A DNA stretch of 64,000 nucleotides from Limnochordia bacterium (GTDB lineage: Bacteria; Bacillota; Limnochordia; DTU080). The first letter of the stretch is position 1. Every line of letters starts with the position of its first letter. Location: NCBI GenBank assembly GCA_050951545.1, contig JBMNJG010000006.1, forward strand, positions 32,001-96,000, written 5' to 3'. A program made the translations under genes and the position numbers. Below are positions 31,138 to 43,454 of the stretch, in pieces. The notes beneath the pieces were generated by a model. That model was given only the letters and a program-made list of their open reading frames with translations, was not told the DNA's origin and searched no databases.

Positions 31138-33472
31138 ATGACGGACCTTAGCAGGTATACACTATGGTACGACCGTCCCGCCCGAGAGTGGACGCAAGCC
31201 CTCCCGATCGGCAATGGGCGACTGGGGGCCATGGTCTATGGCACCGTCCCCGCCGAAGAGCTGCAGCTCAATGAAGAGACCGTCTGGGCTGGCCTCTATC
31301 GGGACCGAGCCAACCCTAAGGCTCTTGAGGCCCTGAATCGCGTAAGGTCACTACTATTTGCTGGCCACAATGAAGAAGCCGCCCGTCTGGCTCAAGAGAC
31401 CATGCTCGGCGTGCCCCCGCGCGTAGAGTCCTACCAGCCGCTGGCCGTACTGCATCTGGAGTACGCGCCAGAACGCAATACGACCTTTTCGGACTACCGC
31501 CGTGAGCTCGACCTCCGCACCGGGATCACCCAGGTCATCTACAAGCAGCACGGTATCACCTTTTCGCGACAGGTCATAGCCTCAGCGGTGGACGGTATCA
31601 TCGCTGTCCGTCTCACTACCGATCGGCCTCGCGGACTCACCCTTCGTGTCCGTTTGGAGAGGGCTCAAGATGTGACGACCAACCGCGCCGACGGCCAGCG
31701 CCTGGTGCTGAACGGCCGTTTGAGTACAGACGGCCTTTGTTTCCAGGCTGAGGCTCTGCTGCAACTGGAGGGTGGCCGTTGCCAACCCCGCGGCAATGCC
31801 CTCTGGGTGGATAGTGCGGATGCCGTAACCCTTTACGTTACCGGAGCAACAAGCTATGTCGGCCCAACCGACTATTCCGCCGACCCGGCGGTCAGATGCA
31901 GCAAGACACTGACTCGCGTTGCCAAGAAACCCTTCGCTCAGGTCTTGGCCGACCATGTGGCCGACCACAGCCGTCTGTTTGGCCGTGTCGATTTGGATCT
32001 TGGCGGAGAGGCGACCGCAGATCACCCGACGGACCAGCGACTGAAGAGGGTCCAGAAGGGTGACGAGGATTTGGGGCTTGTTGCCCTCTACTTCCACTAC
32101 GGCAGGTACCTGCTTATGGGCTGCTCCCGGCCCGGAAGCTTGCCGGCCAACCTGCAGGGGATCTGGAACCACTGGTATGAGGCTCCCTGGAACAGTGACT
32201 ACCATACCAACATCAATCTCCAGATGAATTACTGGCCAGCCGAGGTGACCAACCTTTCCGAGTGTCATCTGCCGCTGTTCGACTGGATGGCTAGCTGCAT
32301 GCCCAACGGTGAATACATTGCCGAAGAAGCACTATGGTGCCCGTGGCTATGTGATGCACCACGTATCGGACCCGTTCGCCTGTGCCACCCCCATGGACGG
32401 AGTGTGCGGCATATGGCCGATGGGAGCCGCGTGGTTGGCCCTGCATGTGTGGGAGCACTTCTCATTCACTGGCAACGAGGAATTCCTACGCCAACGCGGG
32501 TGGCCTCTGCTAAGGGGTGCAGCCGAGTTCATCCTAGACTTCCTAGTAGAGGCCCCTCCCGATGTGTCGGGAGCGGGATACTTGGTGACGTCGCCGTCAC
32601 ACTCCCCGGAAAACCGCTTCCGCAAGGCGGACGGCTCGATCTCTATGTTCACCTACGCCGCCACCATGGACCTGCAGATCATCCACGATCTGTTCCGCAG
32701 TTGTTTGGGGGCGCTCGACATCCTAGGTGGTAGCGATTGGGATTCGCTGCGCGAACAGTTGCACCAAGCCCTAGCGAAGCTGCCACCCCTGCAGGTGAGT
32801 GCAAAGACAGGTCGCCTACAGGAATGGATTGAAGACTACGATGAACCCGAACCCGGCCATCGCCACATCTCTCATCTCTTCGGCGTGTACCCAAGTGCCC
32901 AGATCACCTGGAGCACCACGCCAGAGCTCATGGCTGCAGCCAGAAAATCACTGGAGGGCCGCTTGGCCCACGGCGGCGGTCACACTGGTTGGAGTAGGGC
33001 TTGGATTATCAACCTATGGGCACGGTTCGGAGAGGGCGCCAAGGCATATGAAAACTTGCATCAGCTACTGGCCAAAGCTACCCTCCCCAACCTCTTTGAT
33101 ACCCATCCGCCATTCCAGATCGACGGCAACTTCGGTGGTTGCGCCGCCATCGCCGAAATGCTTCTTCAGAGCCATCAGGGGTTTGTCGACTTACTCCCGG
33201 CACTGCCTCCCGCCTGGCCAAACGGCCGCGTCCACGGACTGCGGGCTCGAGGCGGTTTCACGGTGGACATCGCATGGCAAGACCATCGGTTAACCCAAGC
33301 CCGCATTATCGCGGACCGGGACGGTCAATGCCGAGTGCGGATTCCGGGGCAACCCGAAATAGCGATAACCACCGACGGGCACACCGCCCTACCCGTCACA
33401 AGGCACGATGGCCTTATCGATTTCACCGTGACCGCTGGCACCGTGTACTCCCTGATCGCGAGTGATTCATAG
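31138..33472 (+). CDS. GH95 alpha-L-fucosidase family glycoside hydrolase, frameshifted at about 32322
   Basis: [72 protein letters not shown]. Confidence 0.93.
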
Positions 33473-33548
33473 AGTCCCGACCGCTAGTGCACTTAACACG
33501 CCTCAGGGCACAGAGAATTGGTAGCACTATCCCAATCGTACATATGGG

Positions 33549-33582
33549 GGCCGCCTGGTGAGTATCGGGCGGCCTTTGGTTT
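33549..33582 (+). terminator. Rho-independent terminator after GH95
   Basis: GGCCGCCTGGT-GAGT-ATCGGGCGGCC hairpin followed by TTTGGTTT. Confidence 0.55.
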
Positions 33583-33882
33583 AGGTGGAGGGATGCACGC
33601 TACTCGACCATTTTGGCGGTTTCAGTCCGCTATAGGGGCCTTGCGAGTCGCATCACTGCATTCTTGCCACTGGCGTTGACTTCGGGCGGTTCACTGGGCA
33701 ATCGCCAGAGTCCCTAGCAAGGTTGCGCTTAGCCTATGACGTTTCCCAATAACCAGGTATTGGCTATCGTAATGTCACGAACCAGGTCAGAAGAGGATTA
33801 GGCGATGTCATTACCAACAATAGAAATAGCGCTAAACACAGAAGGCGCGCTGCAAGAAGCACCAACCAAAGGAGGGGCAAGT

Positions 33883-35157
33883 GTGAGAAAAGCCACTATG
33901 ATAAGCGTTTTCGTCGTCCTCGGCATACTCACCGTTAGTTGCGGCATGGCGTGGGCCCAAGTGAAGATCCCCATCACATACTGGTATTTCTACGTGACTG
34001 ACGAGCAGCATGTTTACTTGCAGCAGGTGATCGCTGCGTTCAATGCAGAGCATCCACACATCAAGGTAGAAGGGCAGCGTATGTCAGGGAACTTATACGA
34101 CAAGACGCTGGCTGCCATCGTCGGTGGTGCTCCGCCTGATGTACTGCATTTCGAGCGTTCAGCTGTCGTGGAATGGGTCGCCAGCAAGGGTGAGATCTTC
34201 GAGCCTCTTGATGCTTACCTGGCACGCGAGTTGCAGGAGCCAGACGCCTTTCTCCCGATGGCCCAGACCGAGATTGTCTTTCAGGGGCGAGACGTGGGCA
34301 GCTCCCTTTGATACTGATGTGCGAGGACTGCTCTGGCACAATGATGTGCTGCAGGAAGCCGGAATAGACTCCAGCCAAGGGCCTCGTAGTCTGGATGAGC
34401 TGGATAGCAGAGCGCGCAAGCTTACCAAGCTAGGTGCAGACGATAGACTGATCAGGCTGGGCTTTGCACCCTGGATCCAGGAACTGGAACCTGCAGGGGT
34501 GGTTCTGGGCATTCGGTGGTGGTGTGTATGACGCCAAGGCTCGCAGGCCCACCATCGACATTCCAGAGAACCTCGCCGCGCTCAAGTGGGTGCAGTCCTA
34601 CGCCCAGAGATATCGGTGCACGCAAGCGGTCAGCTTCCCTGCAGACAGGGCTGACGTTCATGACAGGGCCAGCTAGGCGATGCGTCTCGATGCATCGGTA
34701 GTCTCTCGATGGCACAATGCTGAAGGCAGCTCCCGGGCTTACTCGGTAGGAACTGGTGAAGTGCCCTGGCCAGAGGGTGGGACCAACGGAACGTGGTCAG
34801 GTGGCTACTGCCACGTGATCCCAAAGGGAAGCAAGCATGTGCGCGAGGCTGCAGAGTTCATCAACTACCTCTCTCAGACGTCAACCCAGGTTCTGACCTA
34901 TGAATCCATCAACCGTCTGCCCACGAACACACGGGCCTTCCGTGAAGCCATGAGCAAAACCACGGGCACCGCTGTGGTTGGGGCTCATGCGCCAACTGCC
35001 CGTATCCCATGGACGGCCACCACTATGGTTGGCGGTACACTTGGCCCTAGCCGATGCCCAAAACTCTGTCCTCACCTTCAAGAAGACTCCAGAACAGGCA
35101 CTGCAAGAAGTGCAGCAGCACATGGAGCGCCAGTTCGCTGAGGTCTTGGGCTGGTAG
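33883..35157 (+). pseudogene. SBP with multiple frameshifts (paralog of 11880..13124)
   Basis: Signal peptide (AWA-Q), GGAPPDVLHFERS, DTDVRGLLWHN, NGTWSGG and QFAEVLGW are spread over several frames. Confidence 0.85.
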
Positions 35158-35230
35158 AGGCAAGGCGTCAGTAGGCAACCCCGGGTTCCACACTCGCGGT
35201 GGTTAAGCGTACACGTGTCAGTCAAGGCTC

Positions 35231-35254
35231 GGCTGGGGCTGAACAGCCCCAGCC
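35231..35254. terminator. Hairpin between convergent genes
   Basis: GGCTGGGGCTG-AA-CAGCCCCAGCC perfect inverted repeat. Confidence 0.6.
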
Positions 35255-35326
35255 TCACTTACGTTGCGATAGCGTGCCTGCTATCTCGTGTCGAGATGCA
35301 TGGCTTCAGCTCTCTCAGTAATACCC

Positions 35327-36358
35327 TCACTTGCCAACCATGTAGGCCTGCTTCTGCGACATGACGGTGTCAGGCAACACGCCAGGCCTTTCTACTGTGC
35401 TGAAATCGACAAGCCCCTGCAAATGCAGATCCCGTAGAATCTCGTAGATCATCATGTCCCTCTGCGGCACTTCGTCCTCTGGCCACAAAGGGGCCGTGGC
35501 CTTGATGCAGGCTCCTAAAGGCTTGGGTTCTCCATCTGATAGGAGCGCAAGCAGTTTCTCGTAGCCCTCCTTCCAGGGAAGGATCTTACTGACGGGCCCC
35601 GGTAGAGGATCCATGGGCAGAATGTCAATTCCCTCACGTTGGATCACCGCGGTAGCGTTGATGGGCATCGGCATTAGCCACTCCATGTCTGGGTTCGGAA
35701 ACGCCAGTGCCGTCGTAGCCATGTAGGTAGCGCCTTCCTGGCGGCCAATCATCAAGGGTTGGTTGATACGTGAGGCAATGACACTCTCAGGCATGTCCTC
35801 ATGAACCATGAGTCCGACGATCGCCGAGGGAAACTCCTGGTAGGCCCGGCGCATGGCCTGAGCGGGATCCAGCCCTTCAGCGACAAAGGACTCAATGAGA
35901 CAACACACCACTTCACTGACGTGTACACCAGACCCATCTGCAAGGGTGGGGTAGTTGCCGACAGCCCCACTGGCCCGTGAGCGAAAAGTGTGACCAGCGT
36001 TCGCCAGTCGCCGCAATACGGCGTTTGAGTCGCGCCGAGTAGCGAAATACCCCTCAGAGCCATTCGCTACGTACGCCATCCGCCCAGTGCAATCGATAAA
36101 GGGATGCGACCACTCGACATCGCCGCCACTCTTGCTGCGGCTGTGGACAATCCCCACTGTGCCCGGCAGCTTCATCGCGTTGGTCTCTTTGATCAGCGTA
36201 GCCACATCACCGACAACCTTCTCGTAGTGGAGCTTGCCTTCTGCTATGGTGGCAATGCCTGTGTAATACCCACCCGCGAAGCCCTCCTGACGAGCGGTCA
36301 TCTCCAGCAGAATCGGGGCAGCTGCCTTATCGCCTACATAGCCAGCCAGATTACACAT
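35327..36358 (-). CDS. Stand-alone class II glutamine amidotransferase (Ntn hydrolase) domain protein
   Basis: N-terminal MC nucleophile (MCNLAGYVG), GIVHSR, HPF, ANG. No SIS or PRT domain. Confidence 0.8.
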   Translation of the reverse strand: MCNLAGYVGDKAAAPILLEMTARQEGFAGGYYTGIATIAEGKLHYEKVVGDVATLIKETNAMKLPGTVGIVHSRSKSGGDVEWSHPFIDCTGRMAYVANGSEGYFATRRDSNAVLRRLANAGHTFRSRASGAVGNYPTLADGSGVHVSEVVCCLIESFVAEGLDPAQAMRRAYQEFPSAIVGLMVHEDMPESVIASRINQPLMIGRQEGATYMATTALAFPNPDMEWLMPMPINATAVIQREGIDILPMDPLPGPVSKILPWKEGYEKLLALLSDGEPKPLGACIKATAPLWPEDEVPQRDMMIYEILRDLHLQGLVDFSTVERPGVLPDTVMSQKQAYMVGK

Positions 36359-36467
36359 GAGTTAGTCACCCTTTCGAAGAGTCAGGGGCAATCTTCACCG
36401 CCAGCCAGGGGTTCCCTGCAAGAGTAGGTGGTGAGCACATTGGGAGGCAGTACTTGCACGCTCAACA

Positions 36468-39400
36468 CTACCGGAACCTGAGCCAGACAGACCCCGTAGG
36501 TACTCCGACGAATGAGATATCCATCTGCACCATGTCACCCGCGGTCGTGAAGGACACGGGCTGCCAATCTTCGTGCTCGAGCGTCTCTGCCAGGCCCTCT
36601 TTCCCCAAGGCGGGAAGCCAACCCAAGCGGGTGCAATCCACCTGCGTCTGCGGCAAGGATAGACGTAGGGGGGCCGTTCCACACACCCGCATCACCTCCG
36701 GCGTGTGTACCTCTAGGTACCCGACGTGAGGAATGCTCCAACCCCGGGCCCCAGAAAATGGATACCCGCCCCGGCGATCTTGGGTCTTGATAGCCGTCGT
36801 CGTCTCCTGAAGCTCAACAGCCCGGATTGGATACGCCGTTTCGTCGCGCCCGTCGTCCACGAAAACCTCCCACCCAACCAGGGCCAACAACTCCGAATGG
36901 ACACCGTTGACCACAAACCCGTCAGGTAGCTCATGGACTATCTCCCCTGCGAGGCTGTCTTCTGCAGCCAACACTGCCAGGTCATAGTCCCCAATGCTGA
37001 CCCTGCGCCCACCGATGACGCCCATTATCTCGACGCCCTGGTCGCTTAGGGAAGTGATCCCCGCCAAACCCTGGAAGCGGAGTTCACCATGGCGAGTCGT
37101 GGCCGACACAGTGGCCGGCTGGGTCGCACTGATGATGCAGTCGGTGTGGTGCCCGGCCTTGATCTCTACAGCGACGGCGCCCGCGGCACCAGTCAAGCCC
37201 TCGCCCGACAACGGAAGCCGTTGAGCGCTCTCCACAAGAGGCTCAGTTCGATAGCCTTCGTACACGCTGAGGTACTGGCTCTCCAGTGTGGGGAGGCCGC
37301 CAACTGGCTCCACAATACTGCGCCGCCTGATGACATAGGGCAGAGTAGTGTATGGATCCTTCGTCGCCCGCTGGCCCCAGCCATCAGCTAGCAGCACCTG
37401 CTCATCCTGGGCGGCAATGGCTAGGGTCTGAAACGTTAGACTCCCCGCGCGCCAACGCAATCGCCAGTCCTCGCTCCGACCCCCACGTGCGTTCGAGAAC
37501 TGGTAGCGGCCCAGCTGCGTACCACTCGAGTGTAACTGAATCCCCTCAGGCTGCACCTGTTGGCCGGGGCCGTGGAACAACAGGTCGTGTGTTCCTCCAC
37601 CCGCCACGCGGAAGACATCGAAGACATAGCTGTTCTCCCCTGGGTGCTCAACTTGAGCCACAAACCGCCGGTACAGTGACGTAGTATGATAGGCATTGGA
37701 GGCGCCTTCCATCACCTTGAGGCGCCCCAAGGGATGGAAAAGCTGCACGCTGCCTCCGCGTCCCTGCGTCTGTTGATTCATCTCGTCTACCACCACGAGG
37801 TTGTGAGCCACGGAACGCGTCGTCATATGCGCACTTGGGCTGTCCGCTAGATAGCCCAGGTCAGAAAGAAGCTCCTGTCCATCCTTCCAATACGTGAGGT
37901 TGAGGCTGTCGTGGTGGTGATGGCCCCCCCAATCTGACATGCTCAAGGTCACGGCAGTATCCCTACCAGAACGCCCGCCACGCAGATAGGCTAGCTTCCA
38001 CGCCGGAAAGAGTGCATCGGGAAATGACAGCGTAGGCGCACCGCCCATGTCAAACTGGGGTTCCTTGTACAGAGTCAGCAAGAAGAGGTCGCTCATCCGC
38101 TCCCGGTACAGCCCTTTGTACTCCGGCATATCGTCGTAGCGCAGGGCCATCAGTAGCATCATCATCTCAGTCAGCCCGTTCGTTCGGAAAGAGTCAGCGA
38201 TGGGCGGATACCTCAGGTTCGGCAGCAGACTCAGGTACATGTTGCGCCACACCGCCTGGTACTTGTGATCGCGGTAGATATTGAGGTTGTCCAAGCGATG
38301 CCCATCAGCATCGGCGTACCCCTCCGGATCGCTGTACCCGTGGAGGATCTCACCCAACTGCCACATGGAGCCCAGCACAGCTAGAGCGTAAGCAGGGCTC
38401 TCGGACGTAGAGCCATCCGACAGGAACCACTCATCCAAGGTGCGCCGCAGGCCATCGAGGCCCCAGCGAACCAAGAGAGGATCGCCCAACACGCTGCCGA
38501 TGGCCGCCACCGCCGTACGGGCGGTGATCGACTTGTTGTTGATGTCGCTATCGGCGAGCAAAAGCTTGGTCCCCTCCAAGAGCAGATCCCTCTCGACGGA
38601 TATCCGTTCTTCATCGAAAAAGAGAGGCTGACCCTCTGCGTCGGCCGCTTCGGCCACGAGGTCGTAGGCAATCGTCACAGGAAGCAGGAAGCTGCCTTCC
38701 CGCCCCTCGCCGCTCGCCCGCCCTGCCATCCAGTACCCTGCATGAAGACGCCGATTGGGTCGATTTGGCGAAACAACCAACTTGTCGGCGGGTAGTGCCG
38801 TGATATTCCCCGCGGCCACCAGAGGGTCGATGGCGGCAAACTCGTGGTACCCCGAATGTATCATGTAACCGGGGTAGACATGCGCAAAGCGCAAGAGGAT
38901 CGCCTTTGCCTGCCGTGCGTAAACGAGATCTCCCGTCAAGGCGTAAAGCAAGCCCAACTTCTCAACCTGCTGGGCCATGTAACCCACCTTTCGCGCCCGT
39001 ATATGGCCCGTGAATGAGGTCGCCAAGGGAAAGCCGTTGTACACCCAGTCTTTACTGCGATTAAAGGCTAAGCACTGCTGCCTACCGCCAAAGGTCGTCG
39101 TCAGCACAATATCTTCAGGGTGATTTTCATTGGGGAATCTCATGCCTGTGGCCCGATCGGTAATCACGTCGGGTTCTGAGGGCGACCATTCCCAGTCACC
39201 GTGGGGAAAGCCCCTGTCAGAGACCGGCGATGGGGTAAAGATCGCCGCGGTTGGCGTCGTCTCTGGAATCATGTGCGCAATATCCTCATCGTCGTAGTCC
39301 ATCACGAGACGGACGTCGTGCATAAGCGTGCGAAGTGTCTGTCTGCCAATGGCCCCAGCGAAGTTGCTTCGGGCGTTTTCCACCATCACTCGCTTATACA

Positions 39401-40269
39401 GGCTGGCGGGAAGCTCCACGCGGGCCCGCCAGGTCTTCCCACCGTTCAAGCGAAAAGGGTACGCTGTAGGCGGCCTCACCCTCCGGTTCCACAGCAGGAA
39501 TGCCCGCTTTTCTGCCTGCTCGCGCCGCAAGTCATCCAACCGGGCGATCTGACCTCGAGGCGAGGGTCCTCATAGAGCAACGGGATCCACGCCTCCGAGT
39601 TCAGAACACCTGACGCAAAGTCGTCGCTGAAGAACAGCTGCCCATCCACCGTAACTTTGACCGAGCGGAATTGGATGGTGCTCCAGTCACCCAGAGAGGA
39701 GTGAGCGTTGGCCAGATAGGGGAAGCTCCCCGTGCTGAAACCCTTACCCACAATAAGCCAAGGTAGCCCCTCACCCGGGACGTCCAACAGAGGAGAGGAA
39801 GAGCCATGACTCCTGATCCACGGAAACGAAAACGTCTACCGTGTCACCCCTCCAAACCAGACGCAGGCCAGTCCACCCGCCTGAGCGTGGCTGCACAGTG
39901 AAGTCCTGATCCCTCAGCCAGGTGCCTGTTATGTAGCCCTCTAGCCGGAAGTAACTTCCGCCCCAACCGGCGTTACGGATGCCAATCCACGCCTGTGGAC
40001 CCCAGTACAGGTAGATGCCAGGGGCCCACGTAGCCCCAGCCGCGTCTGCAATGCGCACCTGCAACTCTGCCGCGAGTTCCCTCCGGTTCTCCGTCAAGAG
40101 CCAATGGATGAACGACTAGCGCATGGCCATTGACTCGACTCTCAAACACCAGGGCCCCGTCTTTGATAGACAGTGAAGAGGCATCTTGGGCCAGCGCACC
40201 AGCTAGTGGATACAGCATTAGGAACAGCGAAGAGGCCACTGACCAACACAGTGCATACCTAAGTTTCAC
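36468..40269 (-). CDS. Large secreted heparinase II/III-like protein (about 1260 aa), 5' part split by at least 3 frameshifts
   Basis: ORFs 39973..40269, 39771..40097, 39476..39787 and 36468..39539 align consecutively to the intact paralog 43455..47210. Motif WGGHHHHDSLNL...LSDLGY...AHNLVVVD. Confidence 0.85.
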
Positions 40270-40293
40270 AGCTGAACCCCCTTGCCCAGCACC

Positions 40294-40317
40294 TTCGCCT
40301 CGTCTATGCTCGGTCCT
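40294..40317 (-). promoter_or_regulatory. SigmaH-like promoter
   Basis: AGGA-N17-GAA, 25 bp upstream of the GTG at 40269. Confidence 0.5.
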
Positions 40318-40426
40318 TCCCGCGGAATCGCCAACCCTGAGGTTGACGCTTAACGTAGCCGAAGGTTATGGTATGTTTGCACATGGTCAATAGATTGTAC
40401 CAACACAACGTGGCGAGCGAGCTGAG

Positions 40427-41448
40427 ATGCTGGCGAGTGGGACGGCCCCAGATGCCTTCTTGCTCTCATGGGCTTACTTCGGTGAGTTTGCCAAAACCGA
40501 AGCGCTGCTTGATCTATCCCCCATGCTGACGCGGGATTGGAGCGCCATGCGCGCCTCTGACATATTCCCAGCAGCTCTCGAATCAGCTCAGTACAGGGGC
40601 AAACAGTTGGGCATCCCCTTGCTTCCTGCCACAGCATGATGTACCATAACGAAGAGCTCCTACAGAGAAGTGGCCTTGACGGCCCCCGGCCGAATTGGAG
40701 TTGGGACGACTTTCTGGACTACGCCACCAAAGTGACGCAGCGCTCAGGGGCTGGTACTCTCGCCGAGACCTACGGCATAGACGCCCTGTCCTACTGGGGT
40801 ATTTGGAGTTCCATTCTGTTCTCTCAGGGCGGCAGCTTTTGGGATGAGAGCTATGACGACATTGTCATCAACTCGCCAGCGGGCAGACGTACGTTCCAGT
40901 TCGTCTGCGATCTCATACACGAATACCAGGTCGCACCACCAGCGGGGCATGGCTTGGGCAACCTTTGGAACGCAGGCAAGCTGGGCTTTACTGTTGCTGG
41001 TTCTGCGCTGATTACGAACATGCAACGGGACCAGCTCTTCGACTTTGGCCTGACAAACTACCCGAAAGGGCCGCATGGACAGTACAATCCCGGTGGCATC
41101 CTCGCTGCCGCGGGGAACGCTGCGACAAAGCATCCTGAGGCCACCTGGAGCTTCCTCAAGTTCCTTCTCAGCCCCGCCATCCAGGAGCTGCGCAATGAGT
41201 TTGGCAACGACATGCCTGTGCGAGCCTCCGCACTACGCAGGATTGCAGATCCCTTGATGAGGAGCTACGGCATGGGGATCGAGTATGCTCGTGTGTGGAC
41301 GAATCAGTACTACTCCCAGTTGGATAGCATCGTCAGCGGCGAAGTGTCGGGTATGCTCAGAGGAATGAAGAGCGTGGAGGCAGGCCTTGACAGCATGAAT
41401 ACGCGGCTTAGAGGGTATCTGTCTGGCATAGGTCATGCATCGCGCTAG
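40427..41448 (+). pseudogene. SBP lacking signal peptide and N-terminus, frameshifted at about 40630
   Basis: Begins at MLASGTAPDA; WSWDDFL and KHPEATWSFLKFL follow. Confidence 0.8.
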
Positions 41449-41621
41449 TTCACGAGGGGTCAGCGCATAGGGCCCCACGACCTGCAGACTCCATGGCCGC
41501 CAAACCGTCGTAGGGAAAACCTCCACCCAACAGTCCCTCTGTTGAGAAGCACACGCGAAAACGCGTGGTTTCCAATACTGGTGGCGTGTTGATTCGGCTT
41601 CCAACGAGGAAATGGTCATCT

Positions 41622-41750
41622 ATGAGGCCGAACAATAGCGCCCAGCGCTGGGCTTCAGGATCTGCGTGACCTGGATGACGCTAAGTACATGGCTGCAGGA
41701 GAACGGTACGATGTGGCCTGTTTTCTGGCCCAACACGCAGCGAAGAAAGG
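41622..41750 (+). pseudogene. N-terminal remnant of a HEPN domain gene
   Basis: With one frameshift it reads RWLQDLRDLDDAKYMAAGERYDVACFLAQHAAKK, matching the HEPN W..A..DL..A...Y..ACFxAQQAAEK helix pair. Confidence 0.65.
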
Positions 41751-41756
41751 GTTCAC

Positions 41757-41797
41757 GTTGAAAAAGGACTGCGCAGGTCACGTGGCCTGCGCAGTTT
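41757..41797 (-). terminator. Rho-independent terminator (related to 50219-50265)
   Basis: ACTGCGCAGG...CCTGCGCAGT stem followed by a T-tract on the minus strand. Confidence 0.7.
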
Positions 41798-41906
41798 GCG
41801 TATCCGTCCAATGCTAGAGACGGGTCCGACTTGAGCGACTGCGGCCAGATCTGTGCAGGGGCGGCTCCGCCAACGTAGTAGGCCGATCCGCTAGCCGTTG
41901 GGGGGC

Positions 41907-43139
41907 CTACTTACCAAACACTTCGTCAAAGCGAGCTGTCATGATGATCTGCACCCTCTCAAGAGCCTCTTGAGGCGCCATCCTACCAGCTATCATCATG
42001 TCTTCGCTCTCCCTCAGAGCTCGGTACCATTCACCGTCCATCGGAGCCCGCGGCACAGCATAGGGAAGGAGTGCAAGGAGTGGCTCATAAGCCCGGTCAA
42101 GTCTAGACGCGACCATTCTAATGCCATCCCAGTTGGCTGGCAAAAGCGCTTCGAACTCCAACCAGCGACGCGCCTGCACTTTAGCGGAGGCAAGAAAAGC
42201 AAGCACCTTGAATGCCTCCGTTTTGTTCACGGCGCCAGAGGGAACACCCACAACATATCCTCCACCCCAGGTGATCTTCCGACCCTGGGGCGGATGCGGC
42301 ACAGGGCTCGTCGCAAAGGAGATCTTGTCCCTTGTGTAGTTTGACGCATTGCTTGTCGAGGCGATGGTCATAGCAAGGGTGCCTCTATCGAAACTCGCTC
42401 CCCCCGGTACTGGAGATCTCGTTCTTCCATAGCGTCGCGCCCACTCGTCAATCCACTCAAATGCTTTTACGTTGCTTGGCAACGTAGCGGTTGGATGGAA
42501 ACGCCTCCCCGATTCGTCTACCAGTTCACCCCCGAAGGCCCAGATCCAGCCCCTGGCATCCCAGTTTCCGAGCCAAGGCGCAAAGCCAATCCGCCTATAA
42601 GTGCCGTCAGCGGACGGTTCGCTCAGCTTCTGATTCCATGGCACAAGATCCTCGAAAAGCGGATCCGCATCAGGATCAAGGCCCGCTTCTCCCAACAGCT
42701 CAATGCGCTTCACCAAGCCTCGCGAAGTCGAGTGGTATGGCGCAGCATACAGCCTTCCATCGAAGGTGACTTCCTGTGCTTCGCCAGGTGTGAAGTTGAA
42801 CCCCCGCAAGACCCCCGTCACGTCCTCAAGCAGTCCTTGAGCCGCAAGCTGTTTCACGTGGCCCCCATCGAGCCACGAAACGTCCGGAGCAGCACCAGCC
42901 GCGATTGCGACGTAGAGACGCTCGAGAAAGACTCTTTGATCACCCGAGATATGCGCTATCTCAAAGTCCACACCTGGATTTTCCTCTTGGTACCAACTAA
43001 AGAGCGCTGACCACTGACGGATCACCTCGTCGTTGGCCCAAGCCCACACAGTGAGTCTCGGCGCCGCCTCCAGTGGCGCCGTCAGAATCGCCATGCCTAA
43101 CACGGCTACCAGCACTTGCAGGATTCGTCTCCTGAGCAT
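41907..43139 (-). CDS. Sugar ABC transporter solute-binding protein
   Basis: Signal peptide (LEA-A), AIAAGAAPDV, GFAPWLGNW, ITWGGG. Confidence 0.92.
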   Translation of the reverse strand: MLRRRILQVLVAVLGMAILTAPLEAAPRLTVWAWANDEVIRQWSALFSWYQEENPGVDFEIAHISGDQRVFLERLYVAIAAGAAPDVSWLDGGHVKQLAAQGLLEDVTGVLRGFNFTPGEAQEVTFDGRLYAAPYHSTSRGLVKRIELLGEAGLDPDADPLFEDLVPWNQKLSEPSADGTYRRIGFAPWLGNWDARGWIWAFGGELVDESGRRFHPTATLPSNVKAFEWIDEWARRYGRTRSPVPGGASFDRGTLAMTIASTSNASNYTRDKISFATSPVPHPPQGRKITWGGGYVVGVPSGAVNKTEAFKVLAFLASAKVQARRWLEFEALLPANWDGIRMVASRLDRAYEPLLALLPYAVPRAPMDGEWYRALRESEDMMIAGRMAPQEALERVQIIMTARFDEVFGK

Positions 43140-43454
43140 CAAAGACCACCCTTTCATCTCCAAACTACGCGGCATTCTGCCGCCACGTCCGATCCAGAAT
43201 GGCTATCTAGTCCTGTCGCCCCCATATCCTGACGCATCTCTAGAGATTGTCCCGTTCACTGTGGGAATTGGCTGTGGTGACTACGCATATAAGGTGCTTG
43301 TTATACACGTTGGTTAATCTATCCTTCCAGAAAGCCGCGTTCTTTTCGGAAGAGGGTAGTAGCCTTGGTCGCGGCAAAAGAGCCGAGACGGGAAGACACG
43401 GCCACCTTAGGCAGCCGTGTCCTTTCACTGCTATCTTGTGTCTCGCTCTCCTCA

